The translations under genes were made by a program, and so were the position numbers. Under the pieces are notes generated by a model. It saw only the letters and a program-made list of their open reading frames with translations, ran no database searches and was not told where the DNA came from. A stretch of DNA of 64,000 bases. Origin: Candidatus Omnitrophota bacterium (GTDB lineage: Bacteria; Omnitrophota; Gorgyraeia; Zapsychrales; JANLHA01). The DNA lies in NCBI GenBank assembly GCA_029560465.1, contig JAKQKX010000063.1, forward strand, positions 3,796 to 67,795. Direction: 5' to 3'. Shown one piece after another: positions 9,620 through 18,492 of this stretch (positions are counted from its first letter, which is position 1; every line of letters begins with the position of its first letter).

Positions 9620-10147
9620 GTGCTTTGGATAGGATTTTTATTTGGGATAGGGTTTGGTTTCTTTGTGCAGAGAGCCGGCCTTTGTTTTGCCCATGGCTTA
9701 GGTGAAATTTTTATGGGGAAAGGCAAAAGGATCGCCCGATATTTTTTGCTGATTTTTGTCATCACCGGAACAGGATTCTGGTTGTCCGGGGCCGTATCTC
9801 CGTTATTGGGATTGAAACCTGTTGGAGAAATCCGGGGACACGGTTTTTATAATGTTCTTTCCGGCTTGATTTTCGGCGCGGGGATCGCCCTCAATGGAGG
9901 CTGTGTTTTAGGAACCCTCCGGCAGATCGGGGAGGGGAATCTTTCGTTTCTGGTCGTCTTCATTGCGTTGATTCCCGGGATGGCGCTCGTGGTTTATGGG
10001 TTGAATCCTTTATTAGAGAAAGGATATCAGGCCCAGCAAGTTGTTCTTCCTGACCTGCTCGGGGTACCGGGCGGTGTTGTCATGGGGGCCCTTGTCTTGG
10101 CCGCTTTGGCGGGGTTGAAATATATACGGTCACTGAAGAAAGGATAA
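9620..10147 (+). CDS. YeeE/YedE family sulfur-transport membrane protein, second half
   Basis: GAGIALNGGCVLGT motif; GTG start preceded by GGAGGAGG. The split two-gene arrangement with a tusA-like partner is typical of this family. Confidence 0.7.
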   Translation: MLWIGFLFGIGFGFFVQRAGLCFAHGLGEIFMGKGKRIARYFLLIFVITGTGFWLSGAVSPLLGLKPVGEIRGHGFYNVLSGLIFGAGIALNGGCVLGTLRQIGEGNLSFLVVFIALIPGMALVVYGLNPLLEKGYQAQQVVLPDLLGVPGGVVMGALVLAALAGLKYIRSLKKG

Positions 10148-10156
10148 GATAAGGTT

Positions 10157-12601
10157 GTGGATCCGAAAAGAAATGAAATGAAAGAGGTGTCGCAGCACGC
10201 CCTGGAGGTCTTTGAGGAGAGAAACCGGGCTTTTCGCGTGTTGTATGACACGATTATTGAGCTGGAAACATGTAAAGACGTTTCGCCTTATATTATCTTA
10301 GCCCGGAATCTAAAAAGAATATGCCAGGCCGAAGTCGTGGCCATCGGCCATATTAAAGACGGCTTTTGCGACTTTTCTTTGGAATCGGTTGTCCCTGAAT
10401 CAGGCGGAGACGGGGGAGGGCGCTTGCCGGACCCCACCCGGGTTACCATGCCCGAGGATGTCGCCCATTTATTAAGGAAGACGCCGCTAGAGGAGTGCCT
10501 CACGCCCGAAGCCTGCTTGGGTCCGGACTTTCTTAAGGCCGTGCTTAACGGCCGCTATTCGCATGAGGCGTTCTCTTTTTTCCGCTTTTCCTGCAAGAGT
10601 GATGAGCGTTTGATCGCCGCGGGCATGATTGCGGTTGATAAAGCGCGAAAAATTAAGACTCGGGATATTATTGAAATCTACCTTAATTTCGCTGGAATGG
10701 TGATTGAGCGTTTCTATTCGATCGAGATTATTAAGGATAGCGAGAGAACCTTAAAGCAACTTCTTGATTCCATCCCAACGGGAATTATGATCATCGATAG
10801 CCGGGCGAAATGTGTTTTGGGTGCCAATACCGCGGCCCGGGCATTGATCGGTTGCCAGGGGCGCAATATTATCGGGGCGTCTTGCAAGGATTTGTTTTGT
10901 TTGAATACCGGAGAAGGCTGCCCGATTACGGACAAGAAAATGAAGACGGATTTTTCCGAACAGCAGTTACGGAAAGATAACGGGGACATCCTGCCTGTTT
11001 TAAAAAGTGTTGTTCCGATTCAATTGAACGGCCGGGATGTTTTTATTGAAAGCTTTATCGATATTTCCGAACGCAAGCGCAGCGAGGCGGTTATCGCTGA
11101 AGAAAAGGAACGGCTGGCCGTGACCCTGCGGTCTATCGGGGACGGGGTTATTACCGTCAACCGGAAGAAGGAGATCCTGTTGATCAATAAGGTGGCGGAA
11201 AGCCTGCTGGGAGTCCGGCAGGTTGAGGTGGCCGGAAAAAATTTTGATGAAACGGTCCGCATCCTTGATGCCAAAACCCAAGAGCCCATCAGGGGGTTCA
11301 TGGACCGGGTGGTGGAGAAGGGGGACATTGTCGAATTGCGCGAAGGGCTCCTTGTGTCCCGGGACGGAATTCATAAGCTGATCAGCGACAGCGTCGCGCC
11401 GATCCGGAATGTAGACAGTGAGATTATTGGGGCGGTTTTGGTGTTCCGGGATATCAGCGAGAAACGCCGGATGGAAGAGGATCTTATCAAGAAGCAGAAG
11501 CTGGACTCTTTGGGGCTTTTGGCCGGCGGGATCGCGCATGATTTTAATAATATTTTGGCGGTGATCGTGACCCAGGTGGCCATCGCGAAACTTACCGATG
11601 GCATTGACGCGCCTATCAAACAAATGCTGGAAGACATTCAAGCGGAGGCTTTGCGCGCGAGGACCCTGACCCAGCAGTTGATGACGTTTTCCAAAGGGGG
11701 AGCCCCGGTCAAGAAACTGGCCTTTTTAAAAGAGGTTATCATGGAATCGAGCAAATTTGTTTTGCATGGCTCGAATGTTTTATGCGAATTTTCCATCCCC
11801 GACGACCTTTGGGCGGTTGAGATCGATGAGGGGCAGATTAATCAGGTTATTCAGAACATGGTTCTGAACGCCCAGCAAGCCATGCCCCAGGGCGGGAAGG
11901 TTTATATCACCGCGAATAATATTTCTCTCCGGGAGCGGTTTCAAAGTTTGCAGGCCGGTTCGTATGTCCGCCTGGACATCGCGGATTCCGGAGAGGGCAT
12001 TGATCCGGAGATTCAGGAGAAAATTTTCGACCCGTATTTCACGACAAAGCCCTCGGGAACAGGGTTGGGGCTGGCCATTGTTTTTTCTATTGTTAAGCAC
12101 CATGGCGGCATGGTGGTCGTTGAATCGGATCTGGGCAAGGGCGCGCTGTTTTCGGTTTATTTGCCGGCGTGCCAGGATGTTCCCGTGAGGCAGCCCAGCG
12201 AGAAGAAAGACATTCCGGTCTTGTCCGGGCATAAAAAGATTCTGTTAATGGATGACGAGGACGCGTTGCGCAATTCGATGGCCAGTTTACTTAAGAATTA
12301 CGGGTTTGATGTCCACGCGGTGGCGCACGGAGAAGACGCGCTTCAGAAATTCCAGAAAGAAAAAATCGCCCAACAGCCTTTTGACCTGGTGATCCTGGAT
12401 TTAACGATCAAAGGCGGGCTGGGGGGGAAAGAGACGGCGTGGAAGCTGCGGGAGGTTTCCCGGGATGTTAAAATCATCGCGGCCAGCGGGTATTCGCAGG
12501 ATCCGATTTTAGCCCATTACCAGGAATATGGCTTTGATGGAATTGTGGTCAAGCCTTTCACCATGGATGAGCTGATACACGCGATCAATTCGTTATTATA
12601 G
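10157..12601 (+). CDS. Hybrid sensor histidine kinase (PAS domains, HisKA, HATPase_c, C-terminal receiver)
   Basis: H-box LAGGIAHDFNNILAVI, G-boxes DSGEGI and GTGLGL, C-terminal receiver KILLMDDEDALR...DLVILDL...K. GTG start. Confidence 0.85.
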   Translation: MDPKRNEMKEVSQHALEVFEERNRAFRVLYDTIIELETCKDVSPYIILARNLKRICQAEVVAIGHIKDGFCDFSLESVVPESGGDGGGRLPDPTRVTMPEDVAHLLRKTPLEECLTPEACLGPDFLKAVLNGRYSHEAFSFFRFSCKSDERLIAAGMIAVDKARKIKTRDIIEIYLNFAGMVIERFYSIEIIKDSERTLKQLLDSIPTGIMIIDSRAKCVLGANTAARALIGCQGRNIIGASCKDLFCLNTGEGCPITDKKMKTDFSEQQLRKDNGDILPVLKSVVPIQLNGRDVFIESFIDISERKRSEAVIAEEKERLAVTLRSIGDGVITVNRKKEILLINKVAESLLGVRQVEVAGKNFDETVRILDAKTQEPIRGFMDRVVEKGDIVELREGLLVSRDGIHKLISDSVAPIRNVDSEIIGAVLVFRDISEKRRMEEDLIKKQKLDSLGLLAGGIAHDFNNILAVIVTQVAIAKLTDGIDAPIKQMLEDIQAEALRARTLTQQLMTFSKGGAPVKKLAFLKEVIMESSKFVLHGSNVLCEFSIPDDLWAVEIDEGQINQVIQNMVLNAQQAMPQGGKVYITANNISLRERFQSLQAGSYVRLDIADSGEGIDPEIQEKIFDPYFTTKPSGTGLGLAIVFSIVKHHGGMVVVESDLGKGALFSVYLPACQDVPVRQPSEKKDIPVLSGHKKILLMDDEDALRNSMASLLKNYGFDVHAVAHGEDALQKFQKEKIAQQPFDLVILDLTIKGGLGGKETAWKLREVSRDVKIIAASGYSQDPILAHYQEYGFDGIVVKPFTMDELIHAINSLL

Positions 12602-12663
12602 TTTTTTGAGCTCCGCGCTTTCGTGCGGCACATTCTCGCCTTGGCGTGGTATAATCAGGCATC

Positions 12664-13755
12664 ATGATACACCGTAAAGACACGAAGATCCCCGGCATCA
12701 AACTTTTTCTCACCTACCTTCACAAAGGGTTGTTCGCCGTTAACCTGCGGATGCTCAAGAATTTCATTTTTTCCAGGTTGAGGCGCACGCAGCTGGAGCG
12801 GATTTTTGTCTGCCCGTCGCATGCCTGCAATGCCCGCTGCGTCCACTGTTATGAGAATTTTTCCGGACAGCCCGCCGCCTCGCTCACCACCGACGACGTT
12901 CATAACATCGTCGAGCAGTTCCACGCCTTGGGCGGGTATCAGGTCTATTTTTGCAGCGGTGAATTTCTTTTGCGCCCGGACGCCCTGGCGCTTATCCGTT
13001 ACGTGTCGTCCAGGCATATGGTGAGCAGTATCACGACTAACGGCTTGCTTTTAAGCGGCCCTTTGCTTGATGACTTAAAAGCCGCCGGCCTGACCGAGCT
13101 TATTGTTTCGATCGACAGCGCTGACCCGCGGCGCCATGATGAGCGGCGCGGGGTGCCGGGCTGTTTTGAAAAGGCGGCCGCCGGGCTTAAATTGGCGCGT
13201 GAGAGAGGGATCATCACCTATATCTGGACATATGTTTCCAGGTCCAACGCCGATGAGCTGGACGGGATCATCGCCCTCGGCCAGCGGCTGCAGGTTGAGC
13301 TGGTTTACGTGTTTTTCCCGCTTTTGTCCGGAAAATTCTTTGACCGTTTTGACGAAAATTTGTCTTTTGAGGAAAGGGAAGAATACCGGCACCGGTATAA
13401 CGAACGGGAGGGCGTTCTGCTCGAGTTCCCCACCGAAGGGACCCCGTGCACCGGCGGGGGGCTTGACCATGTGTGTGTCATGCCGTCCGGGGACGTGACG
13501 TTTTGCCCCCCGGTCCCGTATTCCTACGGCAACGTCCACACAACGCCTCTGAAGGAGTGTCTTCGGGCCGCGCGCGAGGACTACCGGCGTTTCCCGCAAT
13601 GCACCCGGGGGCAATGCCCGGTCAATTTCCCGGAATACCGGGATAAGTGCCGCGCCCGGTTTCTTCATCAACCGTCCCCGCCGGAAACGGATTCAAGGGA
13701 AGGCGAAACTTTATCCCGCAGGGAAGGGGCTTCTGATTTTAAATGGCATAAATAA
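12664..13755 (+). CDS. Radical SAM enzyme with C-terminal SPASM/twitch-like cysteine cluster
   Basis: CNARCVHC (Cx3Cx2C radical SAM motif); C-terminal cysteines CTGGG...CVMPSGDVTFCPP...CTRGQCP. Confidence 0.8.
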   Translation: MIHRKDTKIPGIKLFLTYLHKGLFAVNLRMLKNFIFSRLRRTQLERIFVCPSHACNARCVHCYENFSGQPAASLTTDDVHNIVEQFHALGGYQVYFCSGEFLLRPDALALIRYVSSRHMVSSITTNGLLLSGPLLDDLKAAGLTELIVSIDSADPRRHDERRGVPGCFEKAAAGLKLARERGIITYIWTYVSRSNADELDGIIALGQRLQVELVYVFFPLLSGKFFDRFDENLSFEEREEYRHRYNEREGVLLEFPTEGTPCTGGGLDHVCVMPSGDVTFCPPVPYSYGNVHTTPLKECLRAAREDYRRFPQCTRGQCPVNFPEYRDKCRARFLHQPSPPETDSREGETLSRREGASDFKWHK

Positions 13756-13819
13756 TGCAAGTTTTTGTCCGTTGAAGTATACTAAGAACGGCCGTAACAG
13801 TCCTTGAAAGGGGTTTTTT

Positions 13820-14509
13820 ATGCCGTACGACCGAGAAGATCCGGGCCATGCTCGCCATATCCATCTGACGCCCGGGCAGGAGAAGGGGTTTGGGGAAGAC
13901 TCTTTCGGTGAAAAGTTAAAGGTGGTGATCGACAGCTTGCCGCCGGAAGGCGTGAACCTGTCGGAAATCCGCGACCTTTTCGGCCAGGACGGGCTGTTGC
14001 TTCTGACCGCCTTTCTCACTATCCCTTTTATGGTCCCGGTTTCGATTCCGGGTGTGAGCACGGTGTTCGGGGCCGCTATTCTGCTGATCGGCGTCAGCCG
14101 CCTTGGGCGCCGTCATTTGTGGCTGCCGAAGCGCTTTGAAGAACGCGTCCTGCCGGCTGATAAGCTCCGCGCCGCCTTGAACCAGGGGCTGAAATTTTTT
14201 CATCAACTGGAACGATTAACCCGCCCGCGCCGCCTGAAAAGCCTGACGGCTGACGGCTTGACCGCGGCTCTGAACAACGGCGCGCTCATCCTGGGGGCGG
14301 TTCTTCTTATGGCCCCGTTCGGGTTCGTGCCTTTCAGCAATACCCTGCCGGGCCTGGCCTTGCTGCTTTTTGCCATCGGGCTGCTGCAGCGCGACGGGAT
14401 TTTTATCCTGTGGGGGCACCTGGTCAATGCCGTCACGATCATTTATTTCGCGTTTCTTATCGCCGGCGGCACCGCGCTGGTCCAGAAGGTGATAGCATAT
14501 TTTAGGTGA
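13820..14509 (+). CDS. ExoD-family (exopolysaccharide synthesis) membrane protein
   Basis: About 230-aa membrane protein with LLLLTAFLTIPFMVPVSIPGVSTVFGAAILLIG pattern, recalled from the ExoD family. Confidence 0.55.
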   Translation: MPYDREDPGHARHIHLTPGQEKGFGEDSFGEKLKVVIDSLPPEGVNLSEIRDLFGQDGLLLLTAFLTIPFMVPVSIPGVSTVFGAAILLIGVSRLGRRHLWLPKRFEERVLPADKLRAALNQGLKFFHQLERLTRPRRLKSLTADGLTAALNNGALILGAVLLMAPFGFVPFSNTLPGLALLLFAIGLLQRDGIFILWGHLVNAVTIIYFAFLIAGGTALVQKVIAYFR

Positions 14510-14635
14510 GAGGTTTTCTTAATAAGCCGTTTTTTTACAGCAGGGTATTTAAAACCCCGGTCCGCAAGGCGGGATGAAATTGGCCGCCCCGGGTTCTTTG
14601 GACGGGCAGGGTTTTTAATGAAAGCGAGGTGGGTG

Positions 14636-15037
14636 ATGGAGGGAGACATCCGGGAGATAAAGATTATCGGCGTGGACAGAGACGGGATTAAGTTCAGCCC
14701 GGATAAAAACGAATGCTGGGTCGTCCCGTTTAAGCTTTCGTTGAATCCGGATGAGCCGTGGCAGAAGAAATTTTATGAAGTCCAGCAGAAAGACACCAGC
14801 CCCCTGAAAAGGAAAGCGCGGGTTGTCGAGGCCGTCTTAAACGTGGAGGTTTCAGGCGCGGATGATTTACAGAAGATCCTTGATATTTTGAAGATCGCGG
14901 TTGCGGAAACCAATGTTTTGTGCGAGGAGGATCATCAGCGTAAGATTAAAGTCCGTCAGCAATTGGAGGTCTTGCAGCAAAAACAAAGGGACGCGACGCT
15001 GAAATTTAAAGAAGATGCGGATAACCTGCTTTTTTGA
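14636..15037 (+). CDS. Hypothetical cytoplasmic protein
   Basis: ORF track (listed from 14618); start moved to ATG 14636, preceded by GAGGTGGGTG. Confidence 0.4.
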   Translation: MEGDIREIKIIGVDRDGIKFSPDKNECWVVPFKLSLNPDEPWQKKFYEVQQKDTSPLKRKARVVEAVLNVEVSGADDLQKILDILKIAVAETNVLCEEDHQRKIKVRQQLEVLQQKQRDATLKFKEDADNLLF

Positions 15038-15041
15038 CGAC

Positions 15042-15398
15042 ATGAACCACAAATTAAATATGCTGTTAGTCCTCGCCCTCCTGGGGGCCGGGTGCGCCAC
15101 GGCGGGGGACCCGCACGCCGGGGTGAGGGCCCTTTCCAACACGGACCCAGCGAGGGAAGAAGACATCCTTAAACATATCCGTTTTCTGGAAAAGGCCGAT
15201 GGCCGCGGGGATTGCGCCATTGAAGTGCTCCGGGTGGAAGACCGCGGGATGGAGCTGATGGCTTATGTGGAATATTGGGTCGTGCGAAGCTGCGGGGTGA
15301 AGACCGTTTATAAGGTCCGCAAGGCGCCGATCGGGCCCGGGCAATACAAATACACGGTGACTTATCCTTCCGCCGCGGATTTGATGACTGTGGAATAA
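15042..15398 (+). CDS. Small lipoprotein (hypothetical)
   Basis: MNHKLNMLLVLALLGAGC lipobox (LLGAG/C) when started at the internal ATG; the track lists 15015. Confidence 0.5.
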   Translation: MNHKLNMLLVLALLGAGCATAGDPHAGVRALSNTDPAREEDILKHIRFLEKADGRGDCAIEVLRVEDRGMELMAYVEYWVVRSCGVKTVYKVRKAPIGPGQYKYTVTYPSAADLMTVE

Positions 15399-15408
15399 AG
15401 GAATAGGC

Positions 15409-15864
15409 ATGATTTTAGACATTTTAACGAACGCGCGCCGTTATCGGGGGATAAGCGAGGGGTTCACGAACGCATTTGAATTCCTCTCTCGCCCGGATTT
15501 GAAAGAGCTGCCGGCGGGGAAATATGACATAGACGGCGCGCGCGTTTACGCGACGGTGTCTAAGGGGCCGGGCCGCAGGAAAGAGGATTCTCTGCTTGAA
15601 GCGCATGAGAAATATATTGATATCCAATTGGTCCTGGCGGGCACCGATAACATGGGATGGAAGCCCAAGTCATTGTGTCAACAGCCAGCCGGGGAATATG
15701 ATCACAAATCCGATGTGCGGTTTTTTAAGGACGAACCCGACGCCTGGCTTTCCACCGCGAGCGGGGCGTTTGCGATTTTCTTCCCGGAAGACGCGCACAT
15801 GCCGCAGATATCGGCAGGCCAGCTTCACAAGGTCGTTGTCAAGGTGGCGGCGGACCTGGGCTAA
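15409..15864 (+). CDS. YhcH/YjgK/YiaL family protein (DUF386; TabA-like)
   Basis: MILDILTNARRY...FTNAFEFL...LPAGKYDIDG...YATVS...EAHEKYIDIQLVLAG...AIFFPEDAHMP follows the family consensus closely. Confidence 0.8.
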   Translation: MILDILTNARRYRGISEGFTNAFEFLSRPDLKELPAGKYDIDGARVYATVSKGPGRRKEDSLLEAHEKYIDIQLVLAGTDNMGWKPKSLCQQPAGEYDHKSDVRFFKDEPDAWLSTASGAFAIFFPEDAHMPQISAGQLHKVVVKVAADLG

Positions 15865-15906
15865 GGGGTTTTAAACGGGCTGTTTGATGGGAGGAGAGGG
15901 CGCAAG

Positions 15907-16830
15907 ATGATAATTCTTATTACAGGACTGCTTGTCGGCGTATCGGAAAGAGTCATTGCCTGGCGTTGGCTGCGCGCGGAAACTCAAGCGCGAGGCGAAC
16001 ATTTTGTTTTATGGGCCACTCTTACCGTCGTGTTCCCCCTGATCGGACTCCCGCTCTACCTTCTTTTCCGTTCCCATGCCCGCCTGTTTTCCTGTCCGCA
16101 CTGTCAGTCCCCGTCGCCAGAGGGCCGTCCCCGTTGCCTGCACTGCGGCACGGCCTGGCCCGCTTCCGGAGCGGATGATGGGGATGCCCTGTCCTGGAAG
16201 TTCCCTGACGGTGTCGTGGTCCCCCTGGCGGCCATCGCCGCTGTCGCCATGAGGCCTCTGTTCGCGTCTTTGCGGTTTTATGACAGACAGATACTTCTGC
16301 GGCCGGGGCTCGCGCTCATTTTAATCGGCGTAACGTACGCTTTATTGATAGGGATATACGCGTGGATCCTCGTCAAAACGCAGCGCGCCGGATGGCAAAA
16401 CAACCCTTTGCCGCTGTTAACCGGAGTCACCCTCGCCCTGGCCACGATTGTCCGCCTCGGCGGCATCAGGAGCGGAGGAATGGTGGTGATCGCCGCGGGC
16501 GTCCTCGTTTTGGCGATCGCTCTGGTCATGTCCGCCAGCCTGCATCTGGCGGTGTATGACGTTCGCCGGACAGTCATGGGGCTGGCGCTCGGGTGGATCG
16601 TTGCCGTCATCACGAATATTTTGGCGATGCCGTATTTCGGTATCACCCAATTCCCGATGATGATATTGCTCATAGCCCCGTTTATGTTGGCTGCCGCGGC
16701 CCTGTCTTTGCGCGCGCGGTTTGTCCGCGGTTCCGACCCGCGGTTGCGTGTCGCGTTCCTTCAGGTCGCCGCGCCGCTTTGGGGGCTGCTGGGCATCGCG
16801 CTTCTGATGGCGTTTCTGGCGAATCACTAA
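15907..16830 (+). CDS. Polytopic membrane protein with PLDc_N-like N-terminal helical hairpin and a CxxC...CxxC zinc-ribbon loop
   Basis: WRWLRAE...VLWATLTVVFPLIGLPLYLLFR resembles the cardiolipin-synthase N-terminal (PLDc_N) motif; CPHCQSPSPEGRPRCLHCG; 6-7 further TM helices. Confidence 0.5.
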   Translation: MIILITGLLVGVSERVIAWRWLRAETQARGEHFVLWATLTVVFPLIGLPLYLLFRSHARLFSCPHCQSPSPEGRPRCLHCGTAWPASGADDGDALSWKFPDGVVVPLAAIAAVAMRPLFASLRFYDRQILLRPGLALILIGVTYALLIGIYAWILVKTQRAGWQNNPLPLLTGVTLALATIVRLGGIRSGGMVVIAAGVLVLAIALVMSASLHLAVYDVRRTVMGLALGWIVAVITNILAMPYFGITQFPMMILLIAPFMLAAAALSLRARFVRGSDPRLRVAFLQVAAPLWGLLGIALLMAFLANH

Positions 16831-16885
16831 AGCCCTGAGGACAGAGAGTGTCGTTGAATTTAGACGTTAAAAAGGAGAAAAGCCG

Positions 16886-17446
16886 GTGATGGATATTATC
16901 CTGGAGGTCTTGCGGACGGTCATGGTGGGCGTCATCCTGTGGGTGCTGTTTCGAAGACGGAATTTGATGGAACTCAGTCAAATTGAAGGGTGGCGGCACT
17001 TGACAATCGGGTTCGCCTTGGTTTTTTTCGGGACACTGATTGACATCACGGATAATTTTGAGCGTCTAAATCAATTTATCATCATCGGCGACACGCCCGC
17101 GCAGGCGTTCTTGGAAAAAGTCGTCGGCTACCTTTTTGGCTTCATGTTTTTGGCGATGGGAATATTGCGGTGGCTGCCCAAGGTCGTGGAACACCAGGAG
17201 TCGATGAAGAAGGATCTTCAGCAGGCGGAAAGCAAGGTGAAAATTCTCAGCGGCTTTCTTCCTATCTGCGCCTCATGCAAGAAGATTCGCAATGATGCTG
17301 GATATTGGACGCAGATCGAATCTTACATCCGTGACCATTCGGAAGCCGAGTTTTCGCACAGCATTTGCCCGGAATGCATGAAGAAGCTTTACGCTGAATT
17401 TTCAAGGGAAAAGGATGCCCCTGCCGAACAACCGCGTCAACTTTGA
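16886..17446 (+). CDS. Membrane protein with conserved C-terminal Cys/His module (CxxC...H...CPxC)
   Basis: Three to four N-terminal TM helices, then LPICASCKKIRNDAGYWTQIESYIRDHSEAEFSHSICPECMKKLY. Confidence 0.55.
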   Translation: MMDIILEVLRTVMVGVILWVLFRRRNLMELSQIEGWRHLTIGFALVFFGTLIDITDNFERLNQFIIIGDTPAQAFLEKVVGYLFGFMFLAMGILRWLPKVVEHQESMKKDLQQAESKVKILSGFLPICASCKKIRNDAGYWTQIESYIRDHSEAEFSHSICPECMKKLYAEFSREKDAPAEQPRQL

Positions 17447-17460
17447 AAGGCGGGCCTGTT

Positions 17461-18486
17461 TTATTGATGCGGCTCGATGATGACTTTAAGCGAGTCTTGC
17501 GCTTCCGCCACCAATTGGAAGCCCCGCCCGGTTTCTTTAAGCGGCAAACGGTGCGTGATTAAAGGGGTTATATCGACGCGCCTGGAGCGCAGGAGTTCGA
17601 TCGCCACCACCGCGTCATACGGCGCGTTGCCGTATGAGGGCGCGAGTTTGATTTCGTTGCGCCAGAAATCATTGAGCGGCACGGGCAGCTCTACCCCCGG
17701 CACGGTGCAGGCAAAGGCCAAAACCATTCCGCCCCGCTCCACCGACCGCAACGCCTGTTGAAACGCGGTTAAGGCCCCGGTGCAGACAATCGCCAGGTCC
17801 GCCAGCCAGCCGCCGTTCATTTCCCTGACCAGTTCCGGCACGTCTTCTTTAGCGTCGATCACCGCGTCGGCGCCTAATTGTTTCGCCATCCTTAACCGGT
17901 ACGCGTTGATGTCCACGGCGATGATCCGGCCCGCGCCAACGGCTTTAGCGGCCAGAATGTGCAGCAGCCCGGAAATGCCGCTGCCAATGACCAGGACCGT
18001 CTGCCCTGGTTTTAAGGCAGCGATGCGCTGGCCGCGGATCACGCAGGCCAGGGGCTCGATAAACGCGCCGTCTTCATAGGAGACTTCCGGCGACAGCACA
18101 AACACGCCGCGGTCAACGTTCAAGGCCGGCACGCGGATGTATTCGGCAAACCCGCCTGGAAAATAATTCGTGGTGTGCAGGGTTTCGCAGGCCGTGTGGT
18201 AACCGGCCAGGCAATACCGGCACGTGTTGCAGGGGATGTGGTGCGAAACAAAAACACGATCGCCCGGCTTGTACTTTTTCACGCCTTCGCCAATTTCCGT
18301 GATGTCCCCGGCGATTTCATGGCCCAGCACAATCGGCGCTTTTTTGATGCGGTACCACTCCAAAACGTCGCTGCCGCAAATGCCGCTGGCGATGACTTTG
18401 ACCACCAGCTCGCCCGGCCCGGCGTGGGGCGTGGGCATCTCCTCAAGCCGCACATCCTTGTTGTTGTAATACATCGCGACGTTCAT
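17461..18486 (-). CDS. Zinc-dependent alcohol dehydrogenase (MDR family; sorbitol/threonine dehydrogenase-like)
   Basis: GICGSD...GHEIAGD catalytic Zn motif, structural Zn Cys cluster CNTCRYC...C, Rossmann GSGISG. Confidence 0.85.
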   Translation of the reverse strand: MNVAMYYNNKDVRLEEMPTPHAGPGELVVKVIASGICGSDVLEWYRIKKAPIVLGHEIAGDITEIGEGVKKYKPGDRVFVSHHIPCNTCRYCLAGYHTACETLHTTNYFPGGFAEYIRVPALNVDRGVFVLSPEVSYEDGAFIEPLACVIRGQRIAALKPGQTVLVIGSGISGLLHILAAKAVGAGRIIAVDINAYRLRMAKQLGADAVIDAKEDVPELVREMNGGWLADLAIVCTGALTAFQQALRSVERGGMVLAFACTVPGVELPVPLNDFWRNEIKLAPSYGNAPYDAVVAIELLRSRRVDITPLITHRLPLKETGRGFQLVAEAQDSLKVIIEPHQ

Positions 18487-18492
18487 GAATGT

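Noticed and set aside
12655-13671. 120-aa and 198-aa minus-strand ORFs
   Set aside because: Antisense to the radical SAM gene
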